Origin: an uncultured bacterium
Lineage (GTDB): Bacteria; Patescibacteriota; Minisyncoccia; Phycocordibacterales; GWA1-40-21
Direction of reading: 5' to 3'
NCBI GenBank assembly: GCA_903822075.1
Contig: CAIJNK010000022.1
Coordinates: 1 to 62,370 of the forward strand
Length of the DNA: 62,370 nt
Of the stretch, positions 18,065 to 27,080 are shown one piece after another. Below the pieces are notes generated by a model that saw only the letters and a program-made list of their open reading frames with translations, was not told the DNA's origin and made no database searches. How positions within the stretch are numbered: position 1 is the first letter of the stretch; each line of letters begins with the position of its first letter. A program made the position numbers and the translations under genes.

Positions 18065-21000
18065 TGATTTATTTTTAATTGGAAATCCATATCCTCCACT
18101 TTTACTGTTGTGCCGCCATCCGAATCTTCAAATGAGATATTTTTCAAAAGAGTCGTCTTCTTTATCTCAGTCTCAAATTTTTTGACCAGAGCCTGACCCT
18201 TTTGCTCGGTTCTTATTTTCAAACTGACGGCGTCGGAAGGATTCAACTTTTCCTGTTTGCGCAATTCCTGGATTGCACGAATGAGTTCGCGTACGTTTCC
18301 TTCCTCCTTAAGCTCCGGGGTAATATTCACATCGAGTTCTACCGCTTCGGGAATTGAAGTGTCAAAGGCTGCCTCTTTCACGTTTATTTCAGCCTTAATC
18401 AAGTCCTGATATTGTTCCAGATTATCTCCGCTCAACCTGGAATCTTTTATTTTCAATTTCAATAAAGGCTGACGGACTTTAATATTTGAACGGGAACGAG
18501 CCTCCAGGCCCAGGGTAACAATTTTTCGAACTTCCGCCATATCGGCGATTATTTTTTCCTCACCAGTCGACAGATGGACAGCTTCCGGCCAAATATCCAA
18601 ATGGACACTTTCCTTACCCTCAAAAGATTTTACTTTCTGATAAAGATCCTCAGCATAAAAAGGCATGACGGGAGCAATTATTTTGGCCAAACCTTCGAGG
18701 ACAAAGCGGGTTGTTTCAATAGCCTGAGTTTTGTCTTTCAGATCATCAGCCTTGAAGCGATCGCGAGAGCGGCGTAAATACCAAGTGGATAAATCATCCA
18801 CAAAATCGGCAATTGGCCGAGTAGCGCGGTCTAACTCGTACTTATCGGTTGCAACAGTCACTTCATAAATAAGTTTTTTAAACTTGGCCAGAACCCATTG
18901 GTCTAAAATATTCTCAGTAACGGGCGTAAAATTCTTCACCGGTGCCGAGCTGTTTTTGCTGTACATTTCATAGAACGAATAGACATTTTCCAAACGCATC
19001 AGGACTTTTTTCATGACTTCATCTACCCCTACCTCAGAGAAGCAAAAATCCTCTGCCTTGACCACCGGGGAGGATAATAAGTAGTAACGCAAGGCGTCGG
19101 CACCGTATTTATCCACCACGAGCATTGGGTCGGGATAATTTTTCAATCGCTTGGACATTTTCTGACCATCACCGGCCAGGACCGTTCCGTTAACAATGAC
19201 ATTTTTATAAGATGATTCTCCAAACAAAGCCACGGACAAAACAAGCATGGAATAAAACCAGCCGCGCGTCTGATCCAAGCCTTCACCAATGAATTCTGCC
19301 GGAAAACCGACAGGCTTTCGAAACATCCCGGGGTTAGGATTGAATTTGTCCAGATTCTCAAACGGGTAATGTGACTCGGCAAAAGGCATAGATCCACTTT
19401 CAAACCAGCAATCAAAAACCTCCGGCACACGCTTCATTTTTCCGCCACAATCACAATTCAAAACAACATCATCAATATAAGGACGATGCAAATCTAACTC
19501 ATAGTCGTGATTATGCGGAATCGGCGCAAATGGCATTTCTTTCACTTCGGAATTCTTTATAAAATCATGAGCCTGCTCTCTTAAAGTTATTGTTTCCTTT
19601 CGGCCAAACCCCATAATGCCAGCAAACATCAAACAAGCCGGGGTGTTGTGCGTGACAATTAAAATATTCTGACCTTGGTGTTTGGAATTGATATCATACA
19701 CAAATTCCGTCATGCGATTTTTAATTTGCGTGTAATTCTCTCCCCCTTTTGGGGCTTTATCAAATTTTTGAAGATCACTCTCAAACAATCTCTGGTATTC
19801 CGCATCTGGCCGCCCATCTAGCTCACCGCCGTATACTTCATGAATACGGTCGTCGGTAATTACCTTAACTGAATCAAAATTCAAAACACCCGCAATTATC
19901 TTGGCGGTCTCCTGTGTCCGGACAAAAGGCGAAACGTAAATATAATCTATTTTCTTCCCTTTTAATTTTTCCGCTGTTTCCTTGACCTGGACTATTCCCT
20001 TCTCGGTCAGATGATGGGGTTTTTTCGGATCCGAACTGATGATACCCAGAACATTGTTCTCCGCTTCACCATGACGGACGACGAAGAAATTATTCCGATT
20101 ACCTGATCGCTTTTTGATATCTTCTACCGAACTTATGAATTCTTTCTTAGCACATTGTTCACAACGCCAGACCGGTAATGGTGCTCCCCAATAACGGGAA
20201 CGGGAAATCGCCCAATCACGCGCGCCTTCGAGCCATTTACCGAATCTCCCCTCTTTGATATCACCCGGCACCCAATTTATTTTTTCATTAGCTTTCACCA
20301 GTTTGTCCCGGAACTTGGTCACCTCCACAAACCAGGAGGAGGCCGCGTAGTTTAGAAGCGGCGTATCACAACGCCAACAGTGCGGATAGGAGTGAATTAA
20401 TTTTTCCTTAGCGAAGAGAGTGCCGTGACCAGCCAAGTATTTGATAATCAAAATATCAGCACTCTGATGATCTATTCCCTCTGCCTTATCGTCTTTTGGT
20501 TTGACATCTAGGCCGGCAAAATCTTTTACTTCGGCCTTAAACTTGCCATTGGTACCCACATGCTGGATAAAAGGCAGTTTCATTTCCTTGCCTAAAGCCA
20601 TATCATCCTCACCAAAAGCCGGCGCAATGTGCACAATACCGGTACCATCTTCCATCGTCACAAAATTAGCACCATAAACCTTGAAACCATTCTCAATATT
20701 CTTGGTCTCCTGATTATTATAATAATCAAATACCGGGCGGTAAGATTTACCGATTATTTTCTCGCCTTTAAATTCCTCGGTGATAGCATAATTATCTTTT
20801 ATCACTGAAAGACGGGATTTGGCCAAAATATAATTATCCCCAGACGGCATGGCCTTTATTTTGACATAATCCACTTCTGGACCAACGGCTAGCGCCACAT
20901 TTCCGGGCAGTGTCCAAGGTGTGGTGGTCCAAGCTAGGAAATAAGTATTCTGTTCACCCACCACGGCAAATTTTACCGTGACAGAAATATCCGTGATGTC

Positions 21001-21594
21001 TTTGTAACCTTGATTCACTTCGAAATTTGACAACGTGGTCTCACAGCGCGGACACAAGTGCATGGATTTGAAACCTTCGTAGACCAAACCCTTCTCATTC
21101 AGCTTACTGAAAATCCACCAGACACTTTCTGTGAAAGACGAGTCCATAGTCTTGTAATCATTTTCCATATCGACAAACCGACCCATTCTTGGCACGATCT
21201 TTTTCCAGTCATCCACATAAGCCATCACGCTTTTTTTAGCTACGGCGTTAAATTTCTCTATGCCATAGTCTTCAATATCTTTCTTACTTTTCAGATTGAG
21301 CTCCTTCTCGACGATGTTTTCCACCGGCAAGCCATGGCAATCCCAACCCCAACGTCGGGGCACATGTTTACCTTGCATAGTCTGATAGCGACCAATATAG
21401 TCTTTGATCGTTCCAGCTAAGAGATGCCCGTAGTGGGGAGTACCAGTGGCAAAGGGCGGACCGTCGTAAAAAACGTATTCGCCTTTAGGCGCTTCCTTTT
21501 CAAGGCTTTTCTGGAAAATATTATTCTCCTCCCAGAATTTCTGCGTCTTTTCTTCCCGCTCGGCTATTAAACTTTTTTTGTTTTCCTCAGTCAT
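18061..21594 (-). CDS. ileS: Isoleucine--tRNA ligase (type II) with inserted histidine-phosphatase domain
   Basis: DGPPFATG.PHYGH, GWDCHGLP, WTTTPWTL, KMSKR; RHGE insert at about 19530-20100. Confidence 0.96.
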   Translation of the reverse strand: MTEENKKSLIAEREEKTQKFWEENNIFQKSLEKEAPKGEYVFYDGPPFATGTPHYGHLLAGTIKDYIGRYQTMQGKHVPRRWGWDCHGLPVENIVEKELNLKSKKDIEDYGIEKFNAVAKKSVMAYVDDWKKIVPRMGRFVDMENDYKTMDSSFTESVWWIFSKLNEKGLVYEGFKSMHLCPRCETTLSNFEVNQGYKDITDISVTVKFAVVGEQNTYFLAWTTTPWTLPGNVALAVGPEVDYVKIKAMPSGDNYILAKSRLSVIKDNYAITEEFKGEKIIGKSYRPVFDYYNNQETKNIENGFKVYGANFVTMEDGTGIVHIAPAFGEDDMALGKEMKLPFIQHVGTNGKFKAEVKDFAGLDVKPKDDKAEGIDHQSADILIIKYLAGHGTLFAKEKLIHSYPHCWRCDTPLLNYAASSWFVEVTKFRDKLVKANEKINWVPGDIKEGRFGKWLEGARDWAISRSRYWGAPLPVWRCEQCAKKEFISSVEDIKKRSGNRNNFFVVRHGEAENNVLGIISSDPKKPHHLTEKGIVQVKETAEKLKGKKIDYIYVSPFVRTQETAKIIAGVLNFDSVKVITDDRIHEVYGGELDGRPDAEYQRLFESDLQKFDKAPKGGENYTQIKNRMTEFVYDINSKHQGQNILIVTHNTPACLMFAGIMGFGRKETITLREQAHDFIKNSEVKEMPFAPIPHNHDYELDLHRPYIDDVVLNCDCGGKMKRVPEVFDCWFESGSMPFAESHYPFENLDKFNPNPGMFRKPVGFPAEFIGEGLDQTRGWFYSMLVLSVALFGESSYKNVIVNGTVLAGDGQKMSKRLKNYPDPMLVVDKYGADALRYYLLSSPVVKAEDFCFSEVGVDEVMKKVLMRLENVYSFYEMYSKNSSAPVKNFTPVTENILDQWVLAKFKKLIYEVTVATDKYELDRATRPIADFVDDLSTWYLRRSRDRFKADDLKDKTQAIETTRFVLEGLAKIIAPVMPFYAEDLYQKVKSFEGKESVHLDIWPEAVHLSTGEEKIIADMAEVRKIVTLGLEARSRSNIKVRQPLLKLKIKDSRLSGDNLEQYQDLIKAEINVKEAAFDTSIPEAVELDVNITPELKEEGNVRELIRAIQELRKQEKLNPSDAVSLKIRTEQKGQALVKKFETEIKKTTLLKNISFEDSDGGTTVKVEDMDFQLKINQ

Positions 21595-21686
21595 AATATT
21601 AATCTACAGTCAGACACCAATATTAGCAAGTTTTTGGTAATTAAAAAAGGGCTGGTCGCAAGACGACCAGCCTCAAAACAAACTCC

Positions 21687-21815
21687 TCAAAGCGATGATA
21701 GTACCAGGACCAAAATGATTGCGCCGGAGATAAGAAACAGGATCCTCAAGTGCTTCTTCCTATTCTCCCCCTCCGGTACTTCCACTTTCTTTTTCTTAAT
21801 AACCGTACTGCTCAT
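21687..21815 (-). CDS. Small 42-aa tail-anchored membrane protein (not in ORF track)
   Basis: MSSTVIKKKKVEVPEGENRKKHLRILFLISGAIILVLVLSSL*; AGGAAGGAG SD; terminator 21643-21673. Confidence 0.55.
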   Translation of the reverse strand: MSSTVIKKKKVEVPEGENRKKHLRILFLISGAIILVLVLSSL

Positions 21816-21842
21816 GCGTTACTCCTTCCTCAAGTGGTGAAA

Positions 21843-22043
21843 CTAGTGGTTATCGCCATCCATCTGTGACCGCGGTCGGGTATGGCTGAGCCCGGTAGGC
21901 TTGCCGCAATCCACCAAATCATCGGGTTTTATTTTGGATCTTCCCAGACTTTTCTCCAGACTTCTCTTGATTGCCCCCATATCTTCAAAAGCGCTTAGAG
22001 ACACGAAACGCCGCCCAGATCCAGGCCCACGACTTTTAGCCAT
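21843..22043 (-). CDS. Orphan hypothetical protein (66 aa)
   Basis: AAGGAG SD before MAKSRG; TGTTAGATT promoter upstream. Confidence 0.55.
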   Translation of the reverse strand: MAKSRGPGSGRRFVSLSAFEDMGAIKRSLEKSLGRSKIKPDDLVDCGKPTGLSHTRPRSQMDGDNH

Positions 22044-22110
22044 CGACAACTCCTTCACGCAAAAGATCATTAGACTCTAATGAGAATCTAACATATAAAA
22101 AATAACCTGT

Positions 22111-23841
22111 CTACATCTTCTCCGGCACTTTGATACCGAGGAGATTCAAACCGTTTTTCATGACGATGGAGAAAGCTTGGGTCAAAGCCACTTTGTAAGG
22201 AGACTTGGGGTCATTTTTATCCACCACGATTTCCTGCGCATAGAATGAACTGAAAGCGGAAGCCAGCTCCGTCAGATAAATGGCCAAATAATGCGGTGCA
22301 TATTCTTTTCCTGCCCGCTCCACGATTTCCGGAAAGCGAATCAGGAGTTTTGGCAATTCACCGACCTCCGCTTTTTGTTCAGAATTCATGTTCGCCTTTA
22401 TTCCCTCTTTTTCCGCCTTCTCCAAAATCGATTTCGCGCGCACGCAGGCATATTGCAAGTAAGGTCCGGAGTCGCCTTCAAAAGACAGTGATTTGTCAAA
22501 ATCAAAAATAATATCGCTACCAGCCACTTGCTTCAGGACGGAGTACTTTATCGCCCCCACGGAAATCATCTCCGCCATCAACTCCTTTTCTTCTGACGTA
22601 AAATCCCGATCCTTCATCTTTTCCAAAATGATCTCCTTCACCTGATCCAAAAGTGAAATACCGGTAATGATGTTGCCTTTTCTGGAAGACATTTTACCTG
22701 TGGCAAACCGAAGCATGCCATGACCAATATGGACAGTCTTATCTTTTACTTTTGGTCGCAAAAGCCCGATGACCGTAAGTAAAACTTTGAAATAATCGTC
22801 TTGTTCGTTTCCAGTGATCACAATCGAGGAATCAAAATCATATAATTCCATTTTCTTCACGCCAAGACCAAGTTCCTTAGCTTCATATGTTGGCACCCCT
22901 TTAGAGTTAACAAATACTCTGGTGTGCAGGCCGTAATTCTCACCCTTAAAAATAACGGCGCCTTGACTTTTTTCGAGAATATTTTTTTGGAGTCCTTCGT
23001 CAACAGCTTTCAGTGCATCAGTAATAACCTCACTCTCCCAAAAATTATGCGCAAAATGTGTTCCTAACCTCTTAAAGACTTCCTGAAAATGTTCAATGCT
23101 GATTTCCCTCCCCCACTCATATAGCTTGTTTATGTGTTCATCGCTTTTATCAAAAATAACTTTGTTTAAGGTATCAATTTCGGCTTTAGCCTCGGGATTA
23201 TTTTCATAAGCAGTTGAACCCTCCACATAAGACTTGGCCCAAAAAGTCAGCTGCTCTTTGGGACTGTTTTTTTTCACTTCAGAAATTCTGCTTTCCTGTT
23301 CCAAAACGGCATATATGGACTTGGCCACATGTAAACCTACATCCCCGCCATATGACACTCGAATTATTTTAGAGCCAAAGGCTTCAATAATTCTTGAAAC
23401 TGCTTCACCAATGGAGTTACTCATCAGATGCCCGATATGAAACTCCTTAAATGGATTTGGATCGGTATATTCAATGATTGTTTTTTGTTTCTTTAAAATA
23501 TCGTTCTGACCATAGAGTTCTTTTTTATTTAAAATTTTTTTCACCTCCCCCATAAAATACGATGGTGACAGATAAAAATTGATAAATCCCGGCCCGGCCA
23601 TCTCGATTTTATCTACCTCGCTTATTTTATTTTTATTTAAAATCTCAACGATTTCCTTGGCAATCTGGACCGGGCTTTTCTTCAACGGTTTGGACAGCAT
23701 CAAAGCCACGTTCGTTGCAAAATCCCCATGACTCATTTCGTCCGGGTGTTCCAAGGTAAAAGCTGGAATATCCACCTCGGAAATTCCTAAATCGATTACC
23801 GCCTTCTTTATTAAATCCGTAATTTGCTCCTTAATATTCAT
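22111..23841 (-). CDS. argS: Arginine--tRNA ligase
   Basis: HGDFATNVA, GPGFINF, EYTDPNPFKEFHIGH, KMSSRKG, GPYLQY. Confidence 0.97.
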   Translation of the reverse strand: MNIKEQITDLIKKAVIDLGISEVDIPAFTLEHPDEMSHGDFATNVALMLSKPLKKSPVQIAKEIVEILNKNKISEVDKIEMAGPGFINFYLSPSYFMGEVKKILNKKELYGQNDILKKQKTIIEYTDPNPFKEFHIGHLMSNSIGEAVSRIIEAFGSKIIRVSYGGDVGLHVAKSIYAVLEQESRISEVKKNSPKEQLTFWAKSYVEGSTAYENNPEAKAEIDTLNKVIFDKSDEHINKLYEWGREISIEHFQEVFKRLGTHFAHNFWESEVITDALKAVDEGLQKNILEKSQGAVIFKGENYGLHTRVFVNSKGVPTYEAKELGLGVKKMELYDFDSSIVITGNEQDDYFKVLLTVIGLLRPKVKDKTVHIGHGMLRFATGKMSSRKGNIITGISLLDQVKEIILEKMKDRDFTSEEKELMAEMISVGAIKYSVLKQVAGSDIIFDFDKSLSFEGDSGPYLQYACVRAKSILEKAEKEGIKANMNSEQKAEVGELPKLLIRFPEIVERAGKEYAPHYLAIYLTELASAFSSFYAQEIVVDKNDPKSPYKVALTQAFSIVMKNGLNLLGIKVPEKM

Positions 23842-23910
23842 AAGCCTTATCATACTGCAAAAAGCTTAAATTATAAAGGGGCGGGTCGCTCGCGCAACTC
23901 GCCCCGCCTA

Positions 23911-24486
23911 TCACACTTCGCTCCGCCTATTCTCCAAATGGCGCGACACCTGTTCGATTTCGCTCACCGTCATCCGTTTGGCCATCTCTCGGACATAATA
24001 AGTCCGAAGAGTTTCGCAAATAGGGCTATAGAGGATATTTCCCTCGGAGGAGACACATTTAGCTGTATCCCCATACCCCATCTCTCCTGACCAATACCAG
24101 GCTTCCTTATCAAGCTCCAACTCATGACTTTGGATTGCCAACAACCACTCATCAGCCGTCGGCAATCTGTATCCAGATGGAGCATTCAAGCCGGCAGCCG
24201 TAAAATTCTGGAAAAACGAATCACCTTTCAGCCATTTCTCTCCGTTTGACCGTCGCAAGTCATCCAGATTCTTCTTACCGGTCACTGCTCCCTTCCAAAG
24301 CAGATGTACCTTTCGGTGAATCTCGACGAACAACGATTCGGGAGCCTCGGTTGCCAGCCATTCCATCATCTCCCAGTTCACACCGGTATCTCCGGTTGCC
24401 TTACGGATCCGGCTGAGAATTACGGCCCTAATCGCATCCGTTTTACCGATTTCACCCCAGTCCCACCGACCATTCACTTTACTCAT
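23911..24486 (-). CDS. Orphan protein with C-terminal DUF1566/Fib_succ_major (C-type-lectin-like) motif
   Basis: APSGYRLPTADEW...WYWSGE...YVRE; own promoter TTGCGT-N17-TAATGT; GAAAGGAAGG SD. Confidence 0.6.
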   Translation of the reverse strand: MSKVNGRWDWGEIGKTDAIRAVILSRIRKATGDTGVNWEMMEWLATEAPESLFVEIHRKVHLLWKGAVTGKKNLDDLRRSNGEKWLKGDSFFQNFTAAGLNAPSGYRLPTADEWLLAIQSHELELDKEAWYWSGEMGYGDTAKCVSSEGNILYSPICETLRTYYVREMAKRMTVSEIEQVSRHLENRRSEV

Positions 24487-24565
24487 CCTAGCCCTTCCTT
24501 TCCGCAACTCCTCTTCATTCCAAACCATTGGAACTCCGATTCGTTACTTTGTTAGTGTGCTCCCA

Positions 24566-24577
24566 TGTTAAAGAGCA
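24566..24577 (-). promoter_or_regulatory. Exact rrn boxA sequence TGCTCTTTAACA in the leader of an orphan gene
   Basis: Reverse complement of tgttaaagagca; about 10 nt downstream of the predicted -10. Confidence 0.45.
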
Positions 24578-24618
24578 TCCGATAAAAACATTACAATAAA
24601 GACAGTAGAAACGCAACT

Positions 24619-25911
24619 TTAGTTTTTACCCGCTATATACCCCGTCGTCCAACACAACTGCAGAGAAAAACCGCCGGAGGGTCGGTCAAAGTCCAAGATG
24701 TCACCGGCAAAATAAAGATTGGAATACAGTTTGGAACCCATCGTTTTAAAATCCACCTCATCCAAATTCAAACCGCCGGAAGAAATGATAGCCTTGTCGT
24801 AACCCAAAAGCCCGGCTACGGTCATCTCGAATTTCTTAAACTTTTCAATCAAGGCAAAACGTTCTTCCCGCCTGATTTCATTGATCTCCCATTCCAGATC
24901 AATCTCGAGTTGTTTCAAAATTAAAGCAAAGATTTTCCCCGGCACTTCCTTAAAACTCAGATTTTTAATTTTCTTGTTGATATGTTCGTCAAAAACTTTT
25001 TTCATCATCTCATGCATCTGGTCCAAACCGAAGCCCGCAAAAAAATCCAGGGATAAAAGGGTTTCTCCATATTCTAGCAGTTCGCCGATAGACTTGCTCA
25101 TATTCAAAATCGTCGGACCGGACAAACCGTCATGGGTGAATAAAATCCGCCCTTTCTTGGTCAAAGCCTTCTGAAATCCCCCGTCTTTATTTTGCCAGAC
25201 GGAAATCCCCACATTATCCAAGCTGATACCAGCAAGCTCCGACACCCAAGGATTCGAAATCTTGATGGGTACTAAAGACGGATTAGACTCAGCGACCTTA
25301 TGGCCGATTTCTTTCAACCATTTGAAGCCATCGCCAGTTGAACCGGTTTCCTGGTGTGACATTCCACCAGTGGTCAGGATAAATTTCTGCGCCATGATCT
25401 CTTCGCCACTCTTTAAAATTACCGCGGTTATTTTTTTGCCTTTCTTGTCTGCCTTAAGAGAAGCTACTTCCGTACTTAACATGAATTTAACCCCTAGCTC
25501 AGTTGCTCTATTTACCAAAACATTCAAAACATCCGCGCTATTATCACTCTCCGGAAAAACCCTAAACCCAGCTTCGGTTTTTGTCTTCAGACCCAAATCA
25601 TTGAAAAATTTAATCGTGTCCTGCACACCAAAAACAGAAAAAGGGCTGAATAAAAAACTGCCTTTTTTGCCAAACTTGCTGACAAATTCCCGATGATTCG
25701 GATTGGCATTAGTCAGGTTGCATCTTCCCCCGCCACTGATCAAAAGCTTCTTGCCGAGTTCATCATTCTTCTCTATCAAAAGCACTTTTTGGCCACCTTC
25801 CCCTGCCTGACAAGCCGCCATAAGCCCCGCAGGGCCCCCACCAATAATCACCACGTCATGCATGTCTTTTTTTACGGCTTTTTTGGCTGTTTTAACTATT
25901 TTCTTTACCAT
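24619..25911 (-). CDS. HI0933/YhiN family NAD(P)/FAD-dependent oxidoreductase
   Basis: GGGPAG, GKKLLISGGGRCNLTN, TGSTGDG, LFTHDGLSGP, GGFSLQLCWTTG. Confidence 0.93.
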   Translation of the reverse strand: MVKKIVKTAKKAVKKDMHDVVIIGGGPAGLMAACQAGEGGQKVLLIEKNDELGKKLLISGGGRCNLTNANPNHREFVSKFGKKGSFLFSPFSVFGVQDTIKFFNDLGLKTKTEAGFRVFPESDNSADVLNVLVNRATELGVKFMLSTEVASLKADKKGKKITAVILKSGEEIMAQKFILTTGGMSHQETGSTGDGFKWLKEIGHKVAESNPSLVPIKISNPWVSELAGISLDNVGISVWQNKDGGFQKALTKKGRILFTHDGLSGPTILNMSKSIGELLEYGETLLSLDFFAGFGLDQMHEMMKKVFDEHINKKIKNLSFKEVPGKIFALILKQLEIDLEWEINEIRREERFALIEKFKKFEMTVAGLLGYDKAIISSGGLNLDEVDFKTMGSKLYSNLYFAGDILDFDRPSGGFSLQLCWTTGYIAGKN

Positions 25912-26005
25912 AGCAAAACATTAGCATGAATTATCATAAATTAGAATGCCGAGCAATTTTAAACCCCCGGACACTTGCGCATCCGGGGGCTGATCATATC
26001 TGGAA

Positions 26006-26494
26006 TCAAACAGGTAACTCCGTATCGCAACAGAGGAAAAGAGAACAGTGATCAAAGTAGCGCCCGCCAGAATGATCAGATCGAGAGAAATGTCCCCTAC
26101 CATCATAGGAATAGACAGCCTCGGTCATCATTTGGCCGTTGAACACCGAAACAACACAATGGCAAGCCACCATAGCTTCTAGATCACTGGCTTGAATCCT
26201 CTCAACGAAAAAGCGTTCGAGCTCTTTTCTAGTAGGTAACCTCCAACCACCACCGTATTCAGTTCTGTAGTCTTGCATAAGTTGCGAGAAGTGGTTGATG
26301 TTCCTTACAGGACCAATATTTTCACTCCATTTAAGTTTGGGGTGGGCGACCCCATTCCGCCAACAAACTTCGCCACGGCTGAACTTATTCAGTTCAGCCA
26401 ACCAAATTTGTCCATCTTCACCAGACAACTTCTCCACCAGACTACTGAGCGGTCCGGAAAAATCGCGGAGCGCTACGCCGAGCATGTTTTTCAT
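26006..26494 (-). CDS. Orphan protein with DUF1566-like motif
   Basis: GGGWRLPTRKEL; GAAAGGTAAGG SD; terminator 25966-25990. Confidence 0.6.
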   Translation of the reverse strand: MKNMLGVALRDFSGPLSSLVEKLSGEDGQIWLAELNKFSRGEVCWRNGVAHPKLKWSENIGPVRNINHFSQLMQDYRTEYGGGWRLPTRKELERFFVERIQASDLEAMVACHCVVSVFNGQMMTEAVYSYDGRGHFSRSDHSGGRYFDHCSLFLCCDTELPV

Positions 26495-26604
26495 GGTCAG
26501 CACCTTACCTTTCTTCCTTCTGTTTCTACACATGTTAGAGGGCGGCAATTACCGTCATAACAAAACCAATCTGAAACCAACACTACTCTCAAAATACTTT
26601 TTGT

Positions 26605-26646
26605 CAACAAAATAAACTTTCGCCATGGCGAAAGTTTATTTTGTTG
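26605..26646. repeat. 42-bp perfect palindrome, probable dut terminator overlapping a TTGACA
   Basis: caacaaaataaactttcgcca|tggcgaaagtttattttgttg. Confidence 0.92.
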
Positions 26647-26653
26647 TCTATTG

Positions 26654-27079
26654 CTATTTCCCCGTGCTGCCAAAACCACCTCGACTTTTACTATTCATTA
26701 CATCTACTTCTTCCCACTCGGCAGTTTCTATCTTTACAAAAACACCCTGGCCAAGCCTCTCCCCTTTTTCAACACAGACCTCTTTGTCCGTTAGGTTATA
26801 AACCTGTAATAATATTTCGTCGGTATCACCGCAATAGTCATTATCTATAAACCCGGTACTGACTAAAAGTCCTTTCTTTTTTAACGTACTGGAACGATCC
26901 TTAATTTCCAACATATACCCTTTCGGGGTTTCCAAGATAATATTGGTTGGCAGTCGTTCCAAAGCTTTTGGCAAAATAACGGTATCAATGCGTGAATATA
27001 AGTCAAACGCCACCGCCCCGGCTGTATGATATTCCGGTAATGGTAATGTTTTATCAATTCTTTTAATTCTGATCCTCAT
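26654..27079 (-). CDS. dut: dUTP diphosphatase
   Basis: GAVAFDL, DRSS, GFIDNDYCG, GERLGQGV, RGGFGSTG. Confidence 0.95.
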   Translation of the reverse strand: MRIRIKRIDKTLPLPEYHTAGAVAFDLYSRIDTVILPKALERLPTNIILETPKGYMLEIKDRSSTLKKKGLLVSTGFIDNDYCGDTDEILLQVYNLTDKEVCVEKGERLGQGVFVKIETAEWEEVDVMNSKSRGGFGSTGK

Positions 27080-27080
27080 T

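Noticed and set aside
18061-21594. Intron or intein in ileS
   Set aside because: The frame is continuous and there are no intein C/S...HN-C/S/T termini; the insert is a phosphatase domain.
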